Below, in pieces: positions 17,028 through 24,122 of a DNA stretch of 24,122 bases. The DNA is from a virus (taxonomy: Duplodnaviria > Caudoviricetes): positions 1-24,122 of the IMG/VR virus record IMGVR_UViG_3300017913_000603; one strand, written 5' to 3'. Position 1 is the first letter of the stretch. Each line of letters starts with the position of its first letter. Under the pieces are notes generated by a model, which saw nothing but the letters and a program-made list of their open reading frames with translations, was not told the origin of the DNA and made no database searches. The position numbers and the translations under genes are program-made.

Positions 17028-20000
17028 TTATACAGCATTTGCACTTGCAACTTCTCCTGCTGCAATTTCACCTGTATTCTTAATACGAATCGGAATGTAG
17101 ATAAATTCTACAGCCTTGGTAGGTTCAATTGCTATATCAACATACAGTTCGTTTCTGTCGATACGAGCTGGTGTGTTATTGCTTTCGTCGCACACTACTA
17201 GGTAGTCGTAAATACCACGCTTTGCAGTGATATCATTGAGTAGACTTTCTATAGCATTCTTTACTTCGTTACGAGTAACTTCGTCGTTTGGCTCAAAGAT
17301 AAAGCCTTTACCAATGCTTTCTAATCTGCCACGTATGTAAGCAACAAGTCTTGACACGTTGATTCTATCGAGCGCACTTGCGCTAGCAGCTTCGGTCTTG
17401 TTACCGTAGTTAACAATACCTGTACCTGGAATAAACGTAATTGGATTAATCTTGTTTTCGTACAATGTATCACGTAAACTTTGACGAATATTAGTTGATT
17501 CAAACTCGCCTGTGCTTGCATTTATATAACCAATGCTTGTGGCATTATCAACTGTACCGCGTCTTGTACCTGCAGGTGCTAACCAAGGATACCCAACATC
17601 ATCATTGCGAACCATAGTTCTAAGGATCATGTGCGAAGCTGGTTGTACAACTGTGTTACCACTTAGGTCAGTTGTCTGACAACTTGGATAGAATGTTCCA
17701 AGATATGGATCACTTGTCACTAGCCCATCTTCACTGTCTGTGCCTACACCATTGCCATTTGTAGCCCAGTTTATGATGTCGCTACCATTATCTTCTAAAC
17801 GTAATGGTGTATCACCAATAACAAATCCAGTGTTGTTACGCTCGTTGTTTAGTGCAACCATGTTTGGAATAAGTTCTGGATACCCAGGAACAGCTAGAAG
17901 ATTGAAAGTTCTTTGCTCTTCACGTATTGATGTATTTGCATCAATACCTGCTTTCATTGCCGCAACAACAATCTGACGTTGTGCTTTACGTCCCATGTAA
18001 GGCGAGCCGTCATTCTTGTTACTGTTTGCTGTTACCCAAGCATCTTTGACTGTTGGTAGTGTATCATCTGGGAAGTCTGTTGCATTGAAGTAGTTTACTT
18101 CGTAGCTCTTTACATTGAATCCACTACGTCTCAAGTTAAATGCTAGTATACCTGATGGATACAGTGTTGGATCTGGACGATCAATGTCAACATAATTGCT
18201 TGTTAGCAAGCTCTTTGTTGTGGCTATGTCGTCTGTGATTGGATCTGTTGTTCCGTTTGCAGCCCAACGCATGTCAGCAAACAATACACCGTCTTCTGTG
18301 GTTTGATCAGTGTTATCTAGTAGAACCCACTGGTCAACAGTATCAACTGCTTCCCAACGATACAGCTTAGGCCAATTTTCAAGATCACTTGAATCTAACC
18401 ATAAATCACCGTATACTAGTGCGCTTTCGCTAGCATCGTTTTGCGTAGTTGGAGCACTTGCTGCAATCAATACGCCATTGGCATTAGTACCACTTAGGTC
18501 AAATCCTCTAGCATCGTTGCTAACATTCTGATAGCCTTTCCATGTACCATTGTCGTTGATCATAACGTCAACTTGATCAGTTGCACTATAGTACCAGTTT
18601 GTTCCGTCTGCCGGATCTTTACTTGGTGCAGTGCCACTTGCTGTATAGCTGTCTGATCCGCCTAGTGCAACCCAGTTACTCAAGATCAAATCACTGGCAT
18701 TGCCTGATCTGACACCTGTAACTGTTGTGTTAAATCCTGCGTCTGCTACCGGAGTACCACTTGTGTCTTTAAGTATAATCACGCCGCCTAGTGTATGTGA
18801 TATTTCCACAGCGCCTGTTGCTGTAACTCTTGCTGAAGTATTTGCCACGTTTGCCGCTGTAAATGCTTCAACGAAATCAGCCGCTGTAGTACCACCTAGT
18901 GTAGCAGTAACCGCACTTGTAAGTGTTGTACTGTTCTTAGCACTTGCCTGGATAGTAAATGTTTCAGAGCTAGTAAATGTAGGAGCAGTGTCGTCACCTG
19001 TAATTGCAGTTGCACCAGTGCCATTGCGCTCAAATGCTTTCAGAGTAAATGTATCATTTTCGCTTACATCAAATTGTATGTAAACTGATTCATCTTCAAG
19101 GTTAGCACCGCCTCCTGATGGATCAAGATTTTTTAGTGCTGTTTGATCGTTTTCATAAATTGGCGCACTCTTGGTTACAAAACTTGCTGTTGCATTGTCC
19201 CAAACTTTTACGCTTACACTTGCACCAAGATTAACACTTGTTGTTTTACCCCATACACTACCAGTTGGATGTGGTTCACTGTCAGTGGTTCTCCACTGTG
19301 GATTTGTGTAGTGTGGACTTTGTTGCACTAGTGGTGCATAGTAGATTCTTGCAGTAATACCAGTATCAGTTAGAATAGTACCTGTACCATTGCTAATATC
19401 AAGTATACCGTTACCGTCGTTTGTTGATCCGTCGTTTGTGGCATCACCGTCAACGTAAATGTTTAGCTTACCGTCGACTGCTTTAGCAAGTACACCTGTG
19501 ATACTAGCATCGTTAATATCAATTGCCAGACTTGCTACTGTTGTACCTGTTGCTGTAACTAGTGTATCGTTAAGATAAATGCTGTGTCCTGCTGTAAGAG
19601 TAGGATTAGATTCTGTACCAGTTGCTGTAGGCCAAGAATTTTTCCAATCGTCGCTTCCTACTAGTACCCAATTATTTGCTGCCACTTGAGTTGTATCACC
19701 TCCTGTGGCTGTTGTTACCAATCCAGGTGACTTGTAGTAAACAGGATTATTAGCATTAGTTGCTACAACTGCATAATCGCCAATGTTACCTATTGAATCT
19801 TTTGGCACACCACCAGTTAAGTCTGTAGTGCTTGTAATAACGGTTGGTACCTTGTTTGTGAATGCATTTGTTGAACTGCTCCACTCAAAAATACCCCAAA
19901 GAGTTTCGTCAGTGTCTAACCACCAAGTACCTGCATCTGGGTTTCCAGTAGGTCTTGTTAGACTTGCTGTTAGCTCGCTTAGGTCAACGTCTACACGCTG

Positions 20001-20327
20001 AACGTATGCTCTGTTGCTAACACCAAGAACACTGTATGCAGCCAATAATCCATATTCGTTAAGTTCGTAACCGTTGATGCTTGATCCGGCGGTTGTGCTG
20101 TAAAAGAACGGATTACCAAAAATAGTTGCCAAGTCTCTCTGACTTGAAACAAGATATATTTCATTGGCATTGGCTGCTGTTGTACCGGCGGCTACGCCTG
20201 TACCGCTTCCGCTTACCTTGTTTTCTGCTGTAGCAATCAAGATATACGGAACTGAATTAGTTGCTGCTGGTAGATAGTTACTCTCATCGTTAACTGTAAC
20301 TTCTACGCCTGGTGATACTAGTGCCAT
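17028..20327 (-). CDS. 18: Tail sheath protein, gp18-like, with a large central insertion
   Basis: LVSPGVEV, IFGNP, PWLAPAG..RG, LYENKINPI, DRINVSRL, FEPND, VVCDESNNTP and EFIYI motifs. Confidence 0.96.
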   Translation of the reverse strand: MALVSPGVEVTVNDESNYLPAATNSVPYILIATAENKVSGSGTGVAAGTTAANANEIYLVSSQRDLATIFGNPFFYSTTAGSSINGYELNEYGLLAAYSVLGVSNRAYVQRVDVDLSELTASLTRPTGNPDAGTWWLDTDETLWGIFEWSSSTNAFTNKVPTVITSTTDLTGGVPKDSIGNIGDYAVVATNANNPVYYKSPGLVTTATGGDTTQVAANNWVLVGSDDWKNSWPTATGTESNPTLTAGHSIYLNDTLVTATGTTVASLAIDINDASITGVLAKAVDGKLNIYVDGDATNDGSTNDGNGILDISNGTGTILTDTGITARIYYAPLVQQSPHYTNPQWRTTDSEPHPTGSVWGKTTSVNLGASVSVKVWDNATASFVTKSAPIYENDQTALKNLDPSGGGANLEDESVYIQFDVSENDTFTLKAFERNGTGATAITGDDTAPTFTSSETFTIQASAKNSTTLTSAVTATLGGTTAADFVEAFTAANVANTSARVTATGAVEISHTLGGVIILKDTSGTPVADAGFNTTVTGVRSGNASDLILSNWVALGGSDSYTASGTAPSKDPADGTNWYYSATDQVDVMINDNGTWKGYQNVSNDARGFDLSGTNANGVLIAASAPTTQNDASESALVYGDLWLDSSDLENWPKLYRWEAVDTVDQWVLLDNTDQTTEDGVLFADMRWAANGTTDPITDDIATTKSLLTSNYVDIDRPDPTLYPSGILAFNLRRSGFNVKSYEVNYFNATDFPDDTLPTVKDAWVTANSNKNDGSPYMGRKAQRQIVVAAMKAGIDANTSIREEQRTFNLLAVPGYPELIPNMVALNNERNNTGFVIGDTPLRLEDNGSDIINWATNGNGVGTDSEDGLVTSDPYLGTFYPSCQTTDLSGNTVVQPASHMILRTMVRNDDVGYPWLAPAGTRRGTVDNATSIGYINASTGEFESTNIRQSLRDTLYENKINPITFIPGTGIVNYGNKTEAASASALDRINVSRLVAYIRGRLESIGKGFIFEPNDEVTRNEVKNAIESLLNDITAKRGIYDYLVVCDESNNTPARIDRNELYVDIAIEPTKAVEFIYIPIRIKNTGEIAAGEVASANAV

Positions 20328-20358
20328 ATTTTGTTTTCCCTTTAAAAACTGTTAAAGA

Positions 20359-20364
20359 TATTTA
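20359..20364 (-). promoter_or_regulatory. Late promoter TAAATA for the sheath gene
   Basis: GATAAATA upstream of SD AAGGGA. Confidence 0.78.
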
Positions 20365-20415
20365 TCGCATTATACCAAAACAGCGGTGTATAACTGCCCT
20401 TTGCAAAGGTTTCAA

Positions 20416-20421
20416 TAAGTA
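20416..20421 (+). promoter_or_regulatory. Late promoter variant TAAGTA
   Basis: 5 nt before ATG 20427. Confidence 0.62.
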
Positions 20422-20426
20422 ATATT

Positions 20427-20771
20427 ATGAAGAGACCAGTATGCAGAGCATGTAATCAACGTTATGTAGCAATAAATTATGTCAAAGAAGACGTTACACA
20501 CTACAGAAGCACTTGTGATTCGTGTGCTAGGAAGAAAAGAAAAGTAAAACCAGTCCAGCCTAAGTGGAAACTAAAAGGATACAACAAAAAATTACTGTGT
20601 GATCGTTGCGGATATCGTGCTAGGTATTCAGCACAAACAGTGGTGTATCATATCGACGGGGATTTGAACAACTGCAATTTAAACAATCTAAAAACTGTTT
20701 GTTTAAATTGCAGCATCGAAGTAATGAAACTAGACTTACCCTGGAAAGTAGGAGATTTAGATGAAGATTAA
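20427..20771 (+). CDS. Zn-finger/HNH-like protein
   Basis: Four CxxC pairs; VYHIDGDLNNCNLNNLKTVCLNC. Confidence 0.75.
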   Translation: MKRPVCRACNQRYVAINYVKEDVTHYRSTCDSCARKKRKVKPVQPKWKLKGYNKKLLCDRCGYRARYSAQTVVYHIDGDLNNCNLNNLKTVCLNCSIEVMKLDLPWKVGDLDED

Positions 20772-21043
20772 CGACCTTCTTTGTCGTGTACATATAATTC
20801 AATCAGCGCATAGTGTAGAACTTTAAGCAAGTCCTTTCGATTGTAGCCATCCTTCTTGCCGTATCGCTGTGCATACTTCATAACATTGCCAATACAAAAA
20901 CCGTCACCGTGTCCTGCATCAATAATAAACTCTGTTGCTTGGAACTTGTTAAGGCTGTAATGTTCACCATAGGTTGCATCTACATACTCCTGTAGTTCTT
21001 TGATAAGTTCGCCTTCGTTGTATTTGTAATCAATCTTCTTCAT
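20768..21043 (-). CDS. DUF3310-like protein (T7 gp1.7 nucleotide-kinase-related family)
   Basis: HYS...GFCIGNVMKYAQRYGKK...DLLKVLHY. Confidence 0.75.
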   Translation of the reverse strand: MKKIDYKYNEGELIKELQEYVDATYGEHYSLNKFQATEFIIDAGHGDGFCIGNVMKYAQRYGKKDGYNRKDLLKVLHYALIELYVHDKEGR

Positions 21044-21561
21044 TTGATTTTTGTTACTCCAAGATGTTTAAATGTTTTTTGTAGTTTAAGAATTTGTTGC
21101 CGACAATCGTCAAGAGCATGATGGCTTACTGGACCTCTGCCTAACTCTGGGTACAAACTGTAAACAGTTCTTGCATCTCGAACTTTGTAATATTTCCAGG
21201 GCAGAGACATACCATAACTTTTATAAGCATGTTCAATAATGTTCATATCAAACGTAGGACCGTTTGCCCATACAAAATTACTGTTCCAGATCATTGGATG
21301 CATGTCTTCAAGTGCTTGTTTTAAAGATATTCGATCTTCTTCGGCAAATGCTTCTTCTCTTGCTTCAGGACTTTGACCTGCCCACCAAGCTAGTGTACCA
21401 TCTTCGATATTTCTATCAGGCTGGCTTTCGGTATCAATTCGAGCATAGTAGTAATTGTCATACCACCCATCTGCAAACGGATCAAAGCTCTGCATTGCTA
21501 TAGTAAGAATACAAGCGTCAGGGCCTGTGCCAATTGTTTCTATATCAATCATTAAATCCAT
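21040..21561 (-). CDS. DEDDh 3'-5' exonuclease (Rv2179c/DexA-like)
   Basis: MIDIETIG, WANGPTFD, RDART and HHALDD motifs. Confidence 0.9.
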   Translation of the reverse strand: MDLMIDIETIGTGPDACILTIAMQSFDPFADGWYDNYYYARIDTESQPDRNIEDGTLAWWAGQSPEAREEAFAEEDRISLKQALEDMHPMIWNSNFVWANGPTFDMNIIEHAYKSYGMSLPWKYYKVRDARTVYSLYPELGRGPVSHHALDDCRQQILKLQKTFKHLGVTKIK

Positions 21562-21567
21562 ACAGAT

Positions 21568-21596
21568 ATAATAAGCGATTTACTAGATTATGTCAA
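21568..21596 (-). promoter_or_regulatory. Sigma70-type early promoter, probably leaderless
   Basis: TTGACA, 17 nt, TATTAT, then 6 nt to ATG 21561; no SD. Confidence 0.85.
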
Positions 21597-21980
21597 TTAC
21601 TTTTTAGGTTTTGTGGGTTTTTTAGGTTTCTTGGTGCTTTTGCTAACCATTTTTACCACTTTGCTTTTAGCACTGGCTTTTGGTTTTGTTAAAGCATTTA
21701 GTCTTGCGAGAATTTTACTTGCGGGATTTACTCGTTTTGTTTTCTTAGCTTTTTTAGCTTGGCGCACTTTTGTAGTGGCCCGTGTGCGTTTCATTTGTGC
21801 GGCTTTTGCCATATCTTTAGGTGATGCACATGCAGTAGCATCAGGTACAATTCGTCCTGCTTTAGGCCCTGACGTACAACGATACTTGAGCTTGATCTTG
21901 TTGCCGTCACGCCCCCAGATCATTTTGTGTTCTTTTAGGTCTTCTAGTTCAATAGGATCTACAAACTCATCTAATCGCAT
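21597..21980 (-). CDS. Very basic small protein, candidate DNA-condensing internal head protein
   Basis: Acidic N-terminus MRLDEFV...LKE followed by a K/R/A-rich body. Confidence 0.65.
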   Translation of the reverse strand: MRLDEFVDPIELEDLKEHKMIWGRDGNKIKLKYRCTSGPKAGRIVPDATACASPKDMAKAAQMKRTRATTKVRQAKKAKKTKRVNPASKILARLNALTKPKASAKSKVVKMVSKSTKKPKKPTKPKK

Positions 21981-21985
21981 AGTTA

Positions 21986-22747
21986 CTATCCAATTACAAA
22001 CCCGTAAGGTTGACTACCGTCAACATAGTTCTTTAGGTCTTCTACTTTGCTATCCATGATAGACTGTCCTTCAGCTTTCATACTTGCGCCATTAAGTGCA
22101 GTACCGCCTTGCGGACCAGCAATAGTAGCAAACTTTTCACGAGCTTCACCAATCATTACTTTACATGCACCAATCATATAATCTTTTACCCACTGGCTAG
22201 TGCTGTAATCTGTTAACAATTGGATTTCAGGACGTAAATTGTAAGTCCATAACAAAATAGTTTCTCCGCTTCCTCGTGGATCACGAATTAGTTGCAGTTG
22301 CTTGGTTGCTGGATTGAATGTGTAGTTTACATATCCGCCAAACATTCTAGCTGCTTGTTCTACATACTGCGAATAAAAATCGTATGTTGCTAGTCCGCCG
22401 GCTTGATTATAATTAAGAAGGTAGGTATTAAGCATGCTAGCACCAAACGGATCAAATGAACTAGCCTGCGGCCCTTGCATGTTGCCCACTGTTCTACGAA
22501 ACACCTGTCTTACGCTTTGCACTTCCTGTGGCAAAGTGTAAACATTTTGATCTTCGACGATCTCCAGAAAAGCATAGCTTTCTTCAAACGCATTGCTAGC
22601 ACGTTGACGATATGTACCTAGTGTTTTTTGATAAGCGGCTTCGTAATGTTCAGGATCTAATTCAAGATCGATCATGCCATCGCCTAATTGTAACTTCACA
22701 TAGTCAATAGCTTGGCTTTTCAGTGTATCAAGTGTTATTTCACTCAT
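21986..22747 (-). CDS. 13: Neck protein, T4 gp13-like
   Basis: YVKLQLG..MIDLEL, WVKDY, K...GE...KF...PQGG..LNG and GFVIG motifs. Confidence 0.88.
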   Translation of the reverse strand: MSEITLDTLKSQAIDYVKLQLGDGMIDLELDPEHYEAAYQKTLGTYRQRASNAFEESYAFLEIVEDQNVYTLPQEVQSVRQVFRRTVGNMQGPQASSFDPFGASMLNTYLLNYNQAGGLATYDFYSQYVEQAARMFGGYVNYTFNPATKQLQLIRDPRGSGETILLWTYNLRPEIQLLTDYSTSQWVKDYMIGACKVMIGEAREKFATIAGPQGGTALNGASMKAEGQSIMDSKVEDLKNYVDGSQPYGFVIG

Positions 22748-22780
22748 AGTAGTAAGGCTTTCCTTGTTCTACTATATTTA
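22746..22780 (-). promoter_or_regulatory. Late promoter plus an RBS/start-occluding hairpin
   Basis: CTAAATA overlapping ATAGTAG-AAC-AAGG-AAAG-CCTT-A-CTACTAT(G). Confidence 0.75.
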
Positions 22781-22785
22781 GCAGT

Positions 22786-23967
22786 TTAGAACGCCTTTAA
22801 GATTACAATGTGTTCGTTGCCACGTCCATTAAACTTGATTTCAGTGGCTTTAATTTCAGCAAAGTTCTTACGGGCCGCGGGCTTGCCCACACCTGTGATC
22901 ATTTTAAGTTGTTCTGCTGGTTTACGCAGTGTTTTTTGCACAGTTTTAGTAGTGTCAAATCCAACAATACTTGAACCTTTGATTGTGAATACTTTCATCA
23001 TGTCATCTGCCACCACATGAATCAACTTGCGATTCTTTGTGTTGTATAACCATGCTTCGCTAGCATCTACAAGTTTTGTAGGACTTTCGCTTTTAAGTTT
23101 GAGTTCAGCAAACTCCTTGCAAAACTTGAATGTTTTAACTAACTGTGCAGGAGTTTTCTTTTTGATGGCACGTGGCTTACGAGAGGCTTTTTTAACCTGA
23201 ACATAGTTGTCGCAATCTGCTACCGCTTGCTCGAGGAACTTGATAAAGTTCCGAACTTGAATCTTTCCAAGATGTGCATAACCTTCTTTAAGGTCGGCGT
23301 CTTTGCCAAGTTGTACTTCACGCATTTCGTCGAGCATAAACTGTAGTGGATTACGGATAACATCAATAGCCTGTGCAGGCGCTTCATGAATACGAAGTTG
23401 TTCCATGACTGAAAACTTTTCGGGATTCTTGTATTCACCCGCTACAAAGTCATCGATCACTTGTTCAACATGTCCGCCGATCATTACGGCTTTTTCGCGC
23501 ATGTAATCTTGTACACTACGCTGTGGCTTTTTATCTTCTTTTGCATCAACAACTTCTGCAACAGCAGGACGAATTTTGCTTAGTACTGCATCAACATTCT
23601 CTTTGATGCTCACACTAACAGGACGCAAGTCACCAACAGTGCCGTCGAGACTGTTCCAGTATTCGTTGTGTTCTGGATGCATGTCTGGCATGCCTTTGCG
23701 TAAACACACAGCATAGATAACACTTGCACTTAGTCCGTCGCTGCCAACAGTTTTGATGTCGCGGATTTGATCTGCTTTATAACCAATGTCTTTCATCCAG
23801 GCATACAAGTCTTTTATCAAATCAGAAATCTTGTAAGTTTCGTAAAAATAACGCACAGCCATGTTACGATGAGCATGAAACTCTGCTCCGCTCATATCTA
23901 ATGCTCCTTCAAAGCTAGGATCTAGCTGTGCGCCTTTAGGTTTGCGTGTTGCTTTTTTTGCTGCCAT
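22786..23967 (-). CDS. Early hypothetical phage protein (393 aa)
   Basis: ATG 23967 with SD AGGAG and a sigma70-type promoter; basic C-terminal domain. Confidence 0.8.
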   Translation of the reverse strand: MAAKKATRKPKGAQLDPSFEGALDMSGAEFHAHRNMAVRYFYETYKISDLIKDLYAWMKDIGYKADQIRDIKTVGSDGLSASVIYAVCLRKGMPDMHPEHNEYWNSLDGTVGDLRPVSVSIKENVDAVLSKIRPAVAEVVDAKEDKKPQRSVQDYMREKAVMIGGHVEQVIDDFVAGEYKNPEKFSVMEQLRIHEAPAQAIDVIRNPLQFMLDEMREVQLGKDADLKEGYAHLGKIQVRNFIKFLEQAVADCDNYVQVKKASRKPRAIKKKTPAQLVKTFKFCKEFAELKLKSESPTKLVDASEAWLYNTKNRKLIHVVADDMMKVFTIKGSSIVGFDTTKTVQKTLRKPAEQLKMITGVGKPAARKNFAEIKATEIKFNGRGNEHIVILKAF

Positions 23968-23995
23968 GTGTCTGCTCCTGCCATTCAACTCGTAT

Positions 23996-24024
23996 ATAGT
24001 AATGTAGTTTTGTGATTAGGTCAA
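23996..24024 (-). promoter_or_regulatory. Sigma70-type early promoter
   Basis: TTGACC, 17 nt, TACTAT. Confidence 0.75.
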
Positions 24025-24058
24025 CCTAAAATTTTTCTAGCCAAAATGCAAAAAAAGG

Positions 24059-24086
24059 TTGACCTGTAGGCTAGTTGTGCTATTAT
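24059..24086 (+). promoter_or_regulatory. Sigma70-type early promoter for a gene starting at the window edge
   Basis: A-tract, TTGACC, 16 nt, TATTAT with an extended TG. SD GGAG at 24108 and 'AT' at 24121-24122 (probable truncated ATG). Confidence 0.7.
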
Positions 24087-24122
24087 ATATGTATAGGTTA
24101 ACAAAACGGAGCTAGACGTTAT

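Noticed and set aside
16326-20327. Bacterial contractile injection system or tailocin
   Set aside because: Terminase, neck, gp4, gp32 and T4-type late promoters indicate a true phage.
585-23438. Other short antisense or alternate-frame ORFs in the track
   Set aside because: Shadow ORFs of real genes, typically S/L/F-rich and without translation signals.
1-24122. Alternative genetic code, CRISPR array, tRNA genes, or diversity-generating retroelement
   Set aside because: TAA, TAG and TGA all end genes at sensible places. Intergenic gaps are too short for arrays or tRNAs, and no reverse transcriptase or TR/VR repeat pair was seen.

Overview
A 24.1 kb, AT-rich, almost fully coding fragment of a large T4-like (contractile-tail) bacteriophage genome, probably from an uncultured aquatic lineage (inference). 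Most genes are on the minus strand. From right to left they encode an early hypothetical protein, neck protein gp13, a basic small protein, a 3'-5' exonuclease, a DUF3310-like protein, an oversized tail sheath, the tail tube, a tube-fold baseplate protein, head-completion nuclease gp4, a probable small terminase, a block of probable internal head proteins, a fibre/C1q-like protein, a thermonuclease, a radical SAM protein, the large terminase, a glycosyltransferase-like protein and the start of the ssDNA-binding protein gp32. The three plus-strand genes are all nuclease-like. Four observations stand out. (1) A TAAATA/TAAGTA late promoter lies exactly 5 nt before several start codons, implying leaderless late mRNAs. 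(2) RBS-occluding hairpins would be destroyed by late initiation. (3) A family of proteins carries T4-like capsid-targeting N-termini. (4) One member of that family has a restriction-endonuclease-like motif and may be a virion-packaged nuclease. All calls come from visual motif recognition; no searches were run.
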